Assembly: GCA_964016885.1 (NCBI GenBank)
Contig: OZ024740.1
Span: 236,716,001 to 236,780,000 of the forward strand
DNA from: Eledone cirrhosa
Taxonomy: Eukaryota
Direction of reading: 5' to 3'
Length of the DNA stretch: 64,000 nucleotides
In this document: positions 1-13,434 of the stretch, piece after piece
Numbering within the stretch: the first letter of the stretch is position 1
How the letters are laid out: each line of letters starts with the position of its first letter
The notes under the pieces: model-generated
The model's database searches: none
The model's input: only the letters and a program-made list of their open reading frames with translations
What the model was told of the DNA's origin: nothing
Translations under genes and position numbers: made by a program

Positions 1-2324
1 AGAATCTAAATTATGTTAATTTTATATCTAACCATCCTATTAACGTTAAAAATGCTATAGTCAGAGTAATGTTGGAAAAAGAATCTCAAATCTATCCTCT
101 AATAAAGTTATCTTTGACGCTAAAGCCAATTATTACAATAATGCGCTTTCCAGAGCCGGTTATCCTGACAAAATTAAATACAGTAAAGAAACCAATCATC
201 GAGGGACTTATAGTAAAATAGTTAGTTATGAGCATTCCAATAACTTAAAGAAAAGACCTAGATATAAAAATATGATTTGGTACAACGCTCCTTTTTCTCT
301 ATCTATTACTAGTAATATTCCTAAACTATTTTTTAGGGCCTTAGATAAATGCTTCCCTCCCTCGCATATTTATAGTAAGATCTTTAAAAAACATACAATT
401 AAATTCTCTTATTCCACCACTTCCAACATCTCTAACAATATCTCTAAACATAATAATAAAATATTAAATAATAAATTATATCCATCCAGCACTGAGCGTC
501 ATAATAATAGCAATAGTAAACCCGACGTCAATGTTAACTCTAGGCTAGATTCCATAAATTTAAATACGACGTCAAACGTAACTTTGTCGAATGTTCATAA
601 CACCAATCTAAATCAGGAAACTTTAGCACCTATCGTAAATAACTTCTCCAATCCAATTCCTTCTATAAATAATACTAGGTCACTTGTTAATAACTCTGGT
701 AATTTCTCTAATCGTAATTGTAATTTCCCTGTTAGAACTAAATGTCCTCTTAGTAACCAATATCTTGATAACAATTTAGTGTATGAATGTAAGGTTATAA
801 CTGGTACTAATTCTTTTACCTATTTTGGTTCTACTTCCACTTCCTTTAAAGCAAGATTTTATAATCACAATTCGTCTTTTAAATACTAACTTAAAAGAAC
901 TAACACGGCACTCTCAGAACTTATATGGTCCTTAAAGGACAAAAATATTAACTACAACATTTCTTGGAGGAAGGTTTGCAACGCCTCTCCTTACCGGAAT
1001 TCTTCCCTAACCAGAACATGTAATCTCTGCCTAGCCGAGAAATTTACCATTATCTCTAATTTTAATTCTATAATAAATAGACGTACGGATTTATTTTCGC
1101 TCTGCTTGCATACATCCCATAGAACTTTCCATAAAGTATACAGCTAATATCTTACTACCTAATTAGTTTAAAATCTTCTTTTCTCAAACGCCTTTATATC
1201 TTTTACAAATATACCCATCTTTCTACCTTATTTCAGTATATTATACAATTTACTCATTCTATGTCGTTAGCGGTCCCCTATTTTTCTTCTTTTTTATCCT
1301 TTTTTCTTTTTTAATTTCTGATCTTTAATCTGCAACTTTTACTTCTCAATTACTTCTTAATTCATATTATAACTCACTATAGCATTTTCCTTATATTCTC
1401 GGCCATACAAATTTTATTTTTAATATATACTAATATTACCATTAGTAAATTTTGTAAACATATATTTTTTTTGACGTTATATATTTTTTCTTCCTTGAAT
1501 TTTCTTCTCTCTTCTTTCCTTCCGTGCTCGTATTAAACCTATTATTTACTTTTTCCTATTACAATACATAGAAACAAACTTGGACCCTAACAAATTCCTC
1601 TAAGTTCATAATTCATTTAACCTTTTCTTCATTCACCTTATCTCCTTAATATTTTTTATTTTAATAATACATTTTAATAAATTCCTTTTCGCACATATTA
1701 TTAAACCATTCAATATATAAACCTTAAATAAATAGTATTCTTAATTCCCTTTTCTTTAAACATAAGCTTCACCATTCATAAACTTCATTAACTTTTAATT
1801 TCAAAATTTTTTAAAATTATGTATTATCTTACAACGGGTTTTTTAATTTCTCTCTGTGAGACAGTGTTTCTCAGTATTAAAGGTTATCTCTCTCTCTCAC
1901 TCATTTCTCCTCCTCTCTCATCCTTCCTTCTTATACTCCTCCTCCGTCATCCTTTCCTTATTTTTATATATGTTTTTCTTATTATTTTCTTTCTTCCTCT
2001 TCCTTACTTTTTCCTTCCCCCTTCCTTCTTTTTTCCCAATCTCATATATCCATCTTATTTTATTTTTCATATGTTGATTTAACACTTCACTGCTCGCAAG
2101 TGTTTTTTAAGCTTCATATCATGTCTCCCTATTTTATCTGATAAGAACGCAAATATCATCCCATGATGATATTTGTTTTTGAAATGCGCATAATAAAATA
2201 CATGGAACTCTTTTAAGCATCTTTTGATTTTATATTATTTATACTCCAGTCCTATAAACTGTTGAGTGCTACTTATCCGATATTTGCATTGCTTTATTGT
2301 GCTACAATAAAACTCACCTCCTAC
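1..2324 (+). mobile_element. Penelope-like retroelement, family A copy 1 (5' part outside window): RT C-terminus, linker and GIY-YIG endonuclease with stops/frameshifts, ~1 kb 3' UTR, ending in (TA)n
   Basis: ORF 272-889 has WYNAPF, KFSYS, CNF..R.KCPL, LVYECKV and TYFGSTSTSFKARFYNH motifs. It continues after the stop as LSELIWSLKDK...CNLCL.EK. It is homologous to the minus-strand copy at 57611-60820. Confidence 0.9.
2130..2200 (+). ncRNA. Hammerhead ribozyme motif (PLE family A 3' end), G8->A core variant
   Basis: TATTTTAT-CTGATAA-[stem II CAAATATCATC/GATGATATTTG]-GAAA-TGCGCA-TA-ATAAAATA. Stem I is TATTTTAT/ATAAAATA and stem III is the palindrome ATGCGCAT. Confidence 0.75.
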
Positions 2325-2721
2325 ATATATATATATATATAATTACATAATAAACAATACGATATAATTATTTCATAACTGAAAGTTTCAAGAAACTAGG
2401 TGATTTTCTTGCAATTCAATCGTCATACAAAAAATAATTATGCTTTGGATATAAATTTTGAAAATGATATGTATATATGTATGTATACATATATATATAT
2501 ATAAAAAAATAATTATGCTTTGGGTATAAATTTTGAAAATGATATGTATATATATATGTATGTATATATGTATGTATATATGTATGTATACCGGTATTTT
2601 GTTCCGGGGCCCAAGAGCCAAGAAGGCCCCACAGCATGCAACATCCATTTTGAGAAAAATATTTGCCTGCTTCGGGCCCCAAAGTGGTCTTGTACCGCCT
2701 TGCAAAATTTCTCTTGGAGGT

Positions 2722-2778
<57 letters not shown>

Positions 2779-2856
2779 TATGAATAAAGAGTTCAAAACT
2801 CAGGCAGTCCTTTACAATGAAATACCTCAAAGAAAGAAGTATTTCTGAGCCGTGTA

Positions 2857-3155
2857 ATACAAGTTAATATAAATTAATATATATGATAAACCTTCTTTCA
2901 CTTTTTCATTTATCGAAACTTATTTGGATTTCAAAGTTTAAACTTATCTACGGAACAGGTTTGATTTTGAGATTTAAATTTGTCCAAGTACCACGGCCAT
3001 TTGCCAATATGGTTTGTTTTTATTGATTTAAATCGAGACAGGCAAACTGTATTACTATAATTAGTATTTTTCAATCTAGCTAACTTAGTCATTTACAATA
3101 CAAACACCTATATGTTGGTATTGGTGTTTATCATATATATTAATTTATATTAACT

Positions 3156-3160
<5 letters not shown>
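2857..3160. repeat. 35-bp perfect inverted repeat (2857-2891 / 3126-3160) in an element bounded by (TA)n tracts
   Basis: ATACAAGTTAATATAAATTAATATATATGATAAAC and its reverse complement are read directly. Confidence 0.8.
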
Positions 3161-3219
<59 letters not shown>

Positions 3220-3229
3220 GTGTGTGTTG

Positions 3230-3560
3230 GACCTCCGTGGGTTCTGACAAAGAATGTTCCAGCTGTTCGAATAATTGAACAGCCTGCTCATGAAATTAAC
3301 GTTCAAGTGACCGAACATTCCACAGACATGTGCACCCTTAACATACTTCTCAGGGAGAGTTAGCGTAATGCAGTGTGAGACAAGACTGATCCTTTGAACT
3401 TATAGACACATTTTTTGTTGTTGTTTTTTTTGCCAGCTGAATGAATTTAAGCACCATGAAAGTGTTTGCTCAAGGACACAACACGCTGCCGCGAATCGAA
3501 CTCATGACCTTACGATCGTGAGCTAAATATCCTAACCAGTAAGCCACACGCCATAACACT
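3230..3560 (-). mobile_element. tRNA-derived SINE (CORE-like)
   Basis: Contains GCTCAAGGACACAAC and a reversed tRNA-like head (GAATCGAACTC...AAGCCACACGCC), shared with copies at 26.5, 36.1 and 45.9 kb. Confidence 0.6.
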
Positions 3561-3912
3561 GCATATAAAAACATGTCTGAGTTTAGAAATATATTTGGAA
3601 ACAGACGACATTAGCATAGCGGTTGTTGAGAGCCTCATTAAAAATTTAGTCTTCGACATTTCTCCCTTTTTGTCTCTATCATTTTGTTTTTGGCTGTTCA
3701 GATCTCTTTATCTAATTGTTTGTCTCCAATATCATCTATCATTGAAGTAGACACTGTATTTACCTTTCATCCGGTCTTAATAGCGTAACGGCAATTTATA
3801 TTTGTCTGTGTACGAAGACAATAAGAGCATGTTATTCGTGTTCGTTTAAATTTTCACAGCGAGGCTTATAAACTGTAGTTATTACTATATTCAATTTATA
3901 ACTAGTATTAAA

Positions 3913-3979
<67 letters not shown>

Positions 3980-4360
3980 AATGAAAGGTATAGAAAACAC
4001 TGCAGCGAAAAGCGAACAGCATTCCATAGTATATAAGTGACTATAGCGTCAAAATGGGAAAAATAGTTAACGTAAGATGTGGGGAAAATAATTTAAACTC
4101 ATCTCAAAGAGAATCAGGATATAAATTCATCCACAGAATTTAGTGAAATCCAGGGAAAAATCAATAGAGCCTTAACTCATGATAAAATAAAGTTCAAGAT
4201 ACCTATCCTTCAATTTGGAAAAACTTCAAATGTTCTGTAAGACTATTTCATGAAAACTTTCAGCGGAGATGGTCACGGTTGGAGTTCATCATCAGCAGAG
4301 CTCAACTCGATAACCAGGATTCTCGCAGATTAATATGCCAAAAAGGGAATTCTAAAGCTA

Positions 4361-4402
<42 letters not shown>

Positions 4403-4407
<5 letters not shown>

Positions 4408-5446
4408 TACCCCCAGCATTCATGGTCCAGGCATTCGCTGTCCGGGTTATTTGCAGAATTTTCCTTTGGACCTAACTAGAATGCCGGTCGCTTTGCGCGT
4501 CACACGGAGCTAAACCTCATTCTGAAGAGAGCTTTGGCCCGGGCGAACATCCCCTCAATCTTTGAACCATCTGGGTTGTCCAGAAGTGACGGGAAAAGAC
4601 CTGACGGCCTTACCCTGTGCCCATGGTCGAGAGGCAGGTGCCTTGTCTGGGATGTCACAGTTAGCGACTCTTTTGCTTCTTCCCACATCTTGGATGCTGC
4701 GGTTAGAGCGAGAGCTACAATTTCCGCAGCCAAACGGAGCAAAACCCTTAAATACTGTGATCTGTCGACCAACTACATTTTCCAGCCTGTGGTTTTCGAG
4801 ACGCCCGGGGAAGTCGGGATGCTGACTACGAGTTTCCTCTCTTCGCTGGCGGCTCGCCTAATAGAGGTAACTGGTGAATCTTGCGAGGGTGCTTGGTTTT
4901 TCCACCGCATCGGCCTGGCCATCACCCGAGGCAACGCTGCGAGCGTGCTGGCTTGCCTAAAAAATCATTAGAGAGGTTTTCCAGTACTCCTCGCGACGCT
5001 GCTGTCGTTTGCTCCGGTGGTGTCCACCCCTTCCTTTATATTTTCTTTAATATTGCAACATTAAAGAAATATATCCTTCTGAAAGAATCGCGAGCAATTT
5101 ATAATGTTATTGAAGCATTTGTAATGTTATTTATGTATATATTTAACACATATTTGCTATGGTATTCTACTGTAAATTTATTTATATGCTTTGTATATAT
5201 TATTGTATTATTATATTTCTTTTTTATACAACTGTGAATAAATTTATTATTCGTGGAATATTTGCAGAATCGTAAATATCTTCTGCGATGTTTCTATGGC
5301 TTTTTTCGGGCAATATATATTTTTTCACGCTTTTTAACGCTATGACGTTTATAGGTATTTTTATGGACCACGTCCAATATAAGCACTTTTTTACTCTTCG
5401 CGGGTGATCTAGGAACGTAACTCCGCGAATACCAGGGGATAACTGT
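4403..5446. mobile_element. Tc1/mariner (pogo/Tigger-like) MITE interrupted by a retroelement fragment
   Basis: Imperfect TIRs TAGTATACCCCCAGCATTCATGG / CCGCGAATACCAGGGGATAACTG, flanked by TA. Confidence 0.5.
4479..5240 (+). mobile_element. 5'-truncated CRE-like non-LTR retrotransposon: C-terminal restriction-like endonuclease domain plus 3' UTR
   Basis: Translation RH..LNLILKRALARANIPSIFEPSGLSRSDGKRPDGLTLCPWSRGRCLVWDVTV...K..KY...FQPVVFET.G...IGLAITRGNAASVL is a PD-(D/E)xK RLE signature. AATAAA occurs near 5236. Confidence 0.8.
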
Positions 5447-5453
5447 ATGTATA

Positions 5454-7345
<1,892 letters not shown>

Positions 7346-8499
7346 GTAATCACTTCTATATATATATATAGTGTTTCAGTCAGCGGGGTGGGCGCAGTGC
7401 TAGTCGTAGCGAGTGTTGTTATTGTTGCTGCTCCCACTATTGTCCTTAATGACACTAGCAGTTGTCAGGATTGGAGTGGTTGTTGTTGTTGTGGTTGAGG
7501 TAACTACCAATATGCTAGGTCAACCTGCTTGACATACACTCCCATCCAATCTATGATTAAATCCAGCCCACTACGCACCTAAATACCTGTTATATATATC
7601 TGTAGGATGTCGAATGTCCCAGAGATGGAAATATTTAAATTTGAATCTACGCTTCTGATGAGCAGATCGATACTGGAGTAATTTGATACTCTTTTTAATA
7701 GAGTTTCTTTTACACAATCAATGAGCCACCAAGAAGTTGGCCTCTGTGGTATCATAGATAAGTTTACATTGTGAATGGGTTTTCAAGTTGCCAATATGCC
7801 TGAGATTTTGACATATCAAATAGCCATCTGCTTGTTCTCAAGTCTCAGAGAGAAACCTGCTCCCAGAGTCAGAAAGGACAGTTGCAGAGTTGATTCCTAG
7901 TAGTTAAGATGTAGTCCACTGCATTTCACAGACCCTGTGGGTCTCTCTCTCTCTCCCATCAACTGAAGTTTGGTAAATACATTTTTAATAATACCTTTGC
8001 AAGCAAACATGCATACACATCATCTTGATACATAACATAACACAATTCATCTGTGTTATTTGCTCTTCGTGTATGGTCTTATAATTCCAACGAAAGTTAT
8101 ATTTAATAAATTAGTAACATAGCAGCTCTGTCTCATTGTGATTTATATATTTCATTTCCTACGTGATCAAGGAACCATCATATCATCATCATCACGGTGA
8201 ACACTGTTACTTACTTGCACACCCGCAATCTCTGATCACATCAATCTTCCCTCATCCACACTCTGCACAACAGTGACCACACCACTGAGCAATCCACAAC
8301 AACAGTGACAACTCAACAACAACCGAATCAACACCACAACACAACCATTCATTCTAGCATTCAACCCACTATAAGTCTATCACATTGATAAAGACTTTAA
8401 GTTAATCATCTGTGAAACATATATAAAGTTAAATATGGAATAACAACATTTTAAAGTGAAACTTTATTATCTCATAGATAACATACTGATTGTTCAGTA

Positions 8500-8930
8500 A
8501 TTTTATAATTTTTCATCTCCCTGATCTCTTTTTTGACCTTATAACTCTTCATTTCCATAACCAGCTCCTCAGTTGAATCAATACATTCTCCACATTCATC
8601 AACCTCTCAGTAGCATTTCCAGGCCTCTCCTTTGGGGCATCTGTGAGGTTAAGTATCCTAATTTCAAACACTTCTTCTCTGGGGCATCCGGATCTACACT
8701 GACACATTATTTCACAATGTAGAACACCTCATGCTTCTGATCCTTCTGTTGCAGAACATTAGCAAACCTCTTGCTTTCTTCTTCTCTACATGATAAGTAG
8801 GCCTGTCATTTATTCTAACTACCTCAATTACTTCATCTATCCACTTCTTAGCTAGTAAAATGCCTACTCCATCTACCCTATTATCATTTCCTACACAGAA
8901 GAGCTTATAACTATACTGTTTGCCTGTGAA
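8500..8930 (-). pseudogene. Decayed RTE-clade LINE fragment, AP endonuclease domain
   Basis: Minus strand gives GKQYSYKLFCVGNDNRVDGVGILL...KWIDEVIEV, which is APE-like and contains stops. Confidence 0.6.
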
Positions 8931-9245
8931 ATATGTTGTTATTATAACATAATTTAAATGGAATGGAAATTAAACCTATATAAGTATGTAACAAATAAAT
9001 GCACTGATAAACTATATTGTTCTAAAGGTGCTAGGTCCTATGCAATTGCAATTCGTGTTTATGTTAAGGTTTTAGTTATAATTACTAATGTTTGTGAGGT
9101 TGAGCTTGTATAAGTTAGAGAAAGCTAGTGTTTGTGTAAAATTTGTTGTAGTAAAATAAGTTATTTTCATGGTATTTTTATTAAAAATTCTATATTATTT
9201 ATGCTGTGGCTGGAAGTGATTTTTACATATCTTGAAGGAAGATCT

Positions 9246-9440
9246 ACTGTATATACTCGAATATAAGCTGATACAAATATAAGCTGACCCCACTATTTTA
9301 TGTCTGAGAAAGGGGCAAAAAATCCAAACCTTATTTGTGTAGAATTTTAAGTTGGTGAAAATCGTAAAAATATTGACCCTGAACCAACTTTCTACCATTT
9401 TTTTTGTCAACATCGACTCACATTCGGGTATATATGGTAA
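9246..9440. mobile_element. Tc1/mariner (Tc2-like) MITE
   Basis: Imperfect TIRs TACTGTATATACTCGAATATAAGCTG ... CGACTCACATTCGGGTATATATGGTA. Confidence 0.55.
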
Positions 9441-9535
9441 CTACTGGATTAACTACAGCTATGTTAAACAAAGTTTTACGATGTAATATTTCAGGTTTTT
9501 TGTGTATAGGCACATTGTATCCCTACATGTTTTAA

Positions 9536-9726
9536 CCCTTTAGCATTCAAACTGGCCATATCTGGCCAGAATTTTCTCACCTCTTGCTGTTCAAACTAGC
9601 TGTAACTGGTCGCTCATACTTATGTTAAGGTATTGTTCTCAAAATAAATAATATCAAAATCTCATAGATTCGATATTATGTGAGATAATTATGTGAGATG
9701 CATAGAGTAATGTAAATGCTAAAGGG
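9536..9726. mobile_element. piggyBac-like MITE
   Basis: TTAA-CCCTTTAGCATT ... AATGCTAAAGGG-CTAA: 12-bp TIR with a TTAA-type target site, mutated on one side. Confidence 0.55.
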
Positions 9727-10266
9727 CTAAGAGGTGATTAAAGGAGTGGGAATTAGGTCGGACATCTAACTGTAAAACACTTCTTCAAAAAGCCCCTTTC
9801 AACTCATGCCAACTTGGAAGAGCAGATGTATAAACAATGATGATTATCATGATAATGTGTATCTGTGTTTGGTGTTGAAAGATAATAATAACACAATAAT
9901 GAAAATTATTATATACAGTGCTCAAGTGCATTACAACTCATCAGAAAAGGTAGCCAAAAGTGCATGTATAGTACATAGAATAATGTACAAAAGTCAGGAA
10001 AGTGAACAGTGTATGATCATGACACACACACGCACACGCATACTGAGAAAAGGAGTGAAAAACAATGAATTGAAAATGATAAAAACAATTAAAATATGGA
10101 AATATTTTAATTTGAATCTACACTTCTAATGAGCAGATCAATACTGGAGTATGGTTTGTAGCATTAATTTGATACTCTTTTCAATAGGGTTTCTCTTACA
10201 CAACAACCAGCCACCAAGAAGCTGACCTCTGTGGCCTCACAGATAAGCTTACATTTTGAATGGATT

Positions 10267-10550
10267 TTAGAGTTTTGTGCCAACAAGGAGTCCAGCTGAC
10301 TCTCTTCTCCATCTAGTCTCTTGCACATAGCATACATCAATTTTCTTTCGCCCAAGCCACTCTACAATATCTCCTGTTCTTCCTTTCATTGTGCCAGTCC
10401 TGAAGTTTGGAAGTTTGCCATAAGAGGCAGAGAAGGAAGATGAGGGTGGATAATTGTGGAGGTGGGTGTTTGCTTTCTGTATCTGAAATAAAGAAGGTTT
10501 GCATGGTCCCCTGGGAACTCGTGGATTCATATTCATATCATGGTACATCT
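10267..10550 (-). pseudogene. RTE LINE 5' ORF fragment (APE N-terminus)
   Basis: GTMKGRTGDIVEWLGRKKIDVCYVQETRW contains the APE motif D....QETRW. Confidence 0.75.
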
Positions 10551-11015
10551 TAGTACATCCATAATAAACATCTTAGTACATCTTAGTACATCCATAATAA
10601 ACATCTTAGTACATCTTAGTACATCCATAATAAACAAAAAAACCTCAAAGAAGAATAGGAATGATAGTAGCAGTAGTGATTATTGCTGCAAACAGTGAGT
10701 CAAGGTATATATGTATTGCCCTGGTTTGATTAGTCTATGAGGGTAAGATGGTGTGGGGGCTGAGAGGGAAATGGAGAGATAGAGTGAGGTGATCGAATTA
10801 GAGTCTTAACTGAATTTATAACAGGAGATGAAATATAGAGATGAAATATGGTCAATAAAATGTTAGAAGATGGCGAAAAAATTTCAAAGCTTGTAAATAC
10901 AAACAGTTGTTGAATGATGAAGAAGTTAACGATTTTGAAATACTTGAATTCAAGTGTGAGAGAAAACAGATTGCAATGAAATGAGTTGGCTTGAACTGAA
11001 CTAGCATCTATACTG

Positions 11016-11049
<34 letters not shown>

Positions 11050-11118
11050 TATGAAGAGAGAAGAAACATTTAGATATAATTAGTAATAAAATGTATCATA
11101 CCTAAACTGTTCCTAAAT

Positions 11119-11206
11119 TCCTCGACTACGTAGTTTCGTGGCATAAACAAAAACAATATATCAAAGATATAGAGTCCTTGCGAGGTCTGCCGACTTATCA
11201 AGAGGA
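11119..11206 (-). ncRNA. Hammerhead ribozyme, U3:A8 variant (591-bp unit)
   Basis: Reverse complement of the motif at 12427-12514. Confidence 0.8.
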
Positions 11207-11709
11207 TACCTCATTTTACTAGTCTCAAGAACGCGTCTACACGACGTGAGAAAGAATCCCAAAAGGCGGAGGGGGAGATAGTCACGCGATATAACGGTCG
11301 AGAAACAGAGCTAAGCCTCTTATAACCACGAAAAAAATACCACGGAGGCGGAGGGGGTATTCATATCGAGGCCGTAGAAGAGGTAGTGAAGAAGGCGAGA
11401 AGTATGAGTAATGGAAGCTTTCCAGTTGTCCCCACACTTCAAAGATTGCTCGACCAGAGGGAGTTATTAATACATTTAGAAACACACAGATACATGCGGA
11501 CACACACATATATACATGAACGCATCCGCACCCAACTGTGAGTTAAGGGTGCCAACTTCACCGATGTTGCTCAATGAATGACTGGGACAGACCAATTCAG
11601 TTTGAACCAGACTGAACCAGTATCAGAGTTAAAAATACATTATGAAGAGAGAAGAAACATTTAGATATAATTAGTAATAAAATGTATCATACCTAAACTG
11701 TTCCTAAAT

Positions 11710-11797
11710 TCCTCGACTACGTAGTTTCGTGGCATAAACAAAAACAATATATCAAAGATATAGAGTCCTTGCGAGGTCTGCCGACTTATCAAGAGGA
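11710..11797 (-). ncRNA. Hammerhead ribozyme, U3:A8 variant (591-bp unit)
   Basis: Reverse complement of the motif at 12427-12514. Confidence 0.8.
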
Positions 11798-12426
11798 TAC
11801 CTCATTTTACTAGTCTCAAGAACGCGTCTACACGACGTGAGAAAGAATCCCAAAAGGCGGAGGGGGAGATAGTCACGCGATATAACGGTCGAGAAACAGA
11901 GCTAAGCCTCTTATAACCACGAAAAAAATACCACGGAGGCGGAGGGGGTATTCATATCGAGGCCGTAGAAGAGGTAGTGAAGAAGGCGAGAAGTATGAGT
12001 AATGGAAGCTTTCCAGTTGTCCCCACACTTCAAAGATTGCTCGACCAGAGGGAGTTATTAATACATTTAGAAACACACAGATACATGCGGACACACACAT
12101 ATATACATGAACGCATCCGCACCCAACTGTGAGTTAAGGGTGCCAACTTCACCGATGTTGCTCAATGAATGACTGGGACAGACCAATTCAGTTTGAACCA
12201 GACTGAACCAGTATCAGAGTTAAAAATACATTATGAAGAGAGAAGAAACATTTAGATATAATTAGTAATAAAATGTATCATACCTAAACTGTTCCTAAAT
12301 TCCTTGGTTATAAGAGGCTTAGCTCTGTTTCTCGACCGTTATATCGCGTGACTATCTCCCCCTCCGCCTTTTGGGATTCTTTCTCACGTCGTGTAGACGC
12401 GTTCTTGAGACTAGTAAAATGAGGTA

Positions 12427-12514
12427 TCCTCTTGATAAGTCGGCAGACCTCGCAAGGACTCTATATCTTTGATATATTGTTTTTGTTTATGCCACGAAAC
12501 TACGTAGTCGAGGA
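12427..12514 (+). ncRNA. Hammerhead ribozyme, U3:A8 variant (591-bp unit)
   Basis: TCCTC-TTGATAA-GTCGGCA...TGCCAC-GAAA-CTACGTAG-TC^GAGGA. Stem I is TCCTC/GAGGA, stem III is the palindrome ACTACGTAGT, and the GUC site predicts cleavage after 12509. Confidence 0.82.
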
Positions 12515-13017
12515 ATTTAGGAACAGTTTAGGTACGATACATTTTATTACTAATTATATCTAAATGTTTCTTCTCTCTTCATAATGTATTTTTAACTCTG
12601 ATACTGGTTCAGTCTGGTTCAAACTGAATTGGTCTGTCCCAGTCATTCATTGAGCAACATCGGTGAAGTTGGCACCCTTAACTCACAGTTGGGTGCGGAT
12701 GCGTTCATGTATATATGTGTGTGTCCGCATGTATCTGTGTGTTTCTAAATGTATTAATAACTCCCTCTGGTCGAGCAATCTTTGAAGTGTGGGGACAACT
12801 GGAAAGCTTCCATTACTCATACTTCTCGCCTTCTTCACTACCTCTTCTACGGCCTCGATATGAATACCCCCTCCGCCTCCGTGGTATTTTTTTCGTGGTT
12901 ATAAGAGGCTTAGCTCTGTTTCTCGACCGTTATATCGCGTGACTATCTCCCCCTCCGCCTTTTGGGATTCTTTCTCACGTCGTGTAGACGCGTTCTTGAG
13001 ACTAGTAAAATGAGGTA

Positions 13018-13105
13018 TCCTCTTGATAAGTCGGCAGACCTCGCAAGGACTCTATATCTTTGATATATTGTTTTTGTTTATGCCACGAAACTACGTAGTC
13101 GAGGA
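13018..13105 (+). ncRNA. Hammerhead ribozyme, U3:A8 variant (591-bp unit)
   Basis: Identical motif 591 bp downstream of 12427; predicted cleavage after 13100. Confidence 0.82.
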
Positions 13106-13339
13106 ATTTAGGAACAGTTTAGGTATGATACATTTTATTACTAATTATATCTAAATGTTTCTTCTCTCTTCATAATGTATTTTTAACTCTGATACTGGTT
13201 CAGTCTGGTTCAAACTGAATTGGTCTGTCCCAGTCATTCATTGAGCAACATCGGTGAAGTTGGCACCCTTAACTCACAGTTGGGTGCGGATGCGTTCATG
13301 TATATATGTGTGTGTCCGCATGTATTTGTGTGTTTCTAA

Positions 13340-13427
<88 letters not shown>

Positions 13428-13434
13428 CTTGTGA

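Larger units (their letters stand above)
11044..13344. mobile_element. 591-bp HHR-containing tandem repeat (candidate non-LTR retrozyme): ~2.1 units on the minus strand (11044-12304) joined back-to-back to ~1.75 units on the plus strand (12305-13344), inserted in (TA)n
   Basis: Period is 591 (ATACATTATGAAG at 11044, 11635 and 12226). Copies are almost identical, each full unit has one HHR, and both ends run into (TA)n. Confidence 0.85.

Noticed and set aside
7650-7700. CTGATGAG resembling a hammerhead core (paralog at ~10125 reads CTAATGAG)
   Set aside because: No stem II followed by GAAA and no stem I; the core is not conserved in the second copy.
12715-12942. 75-aa ORF repeated in each 591-bp unit; 591 is divisible by 3, raising rolling-circle translation
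   Set aside because: The ORF starts in a TG microsatellite, has no recognisable domain and ends in a stop. Its identity across copies only reflects the repeat.
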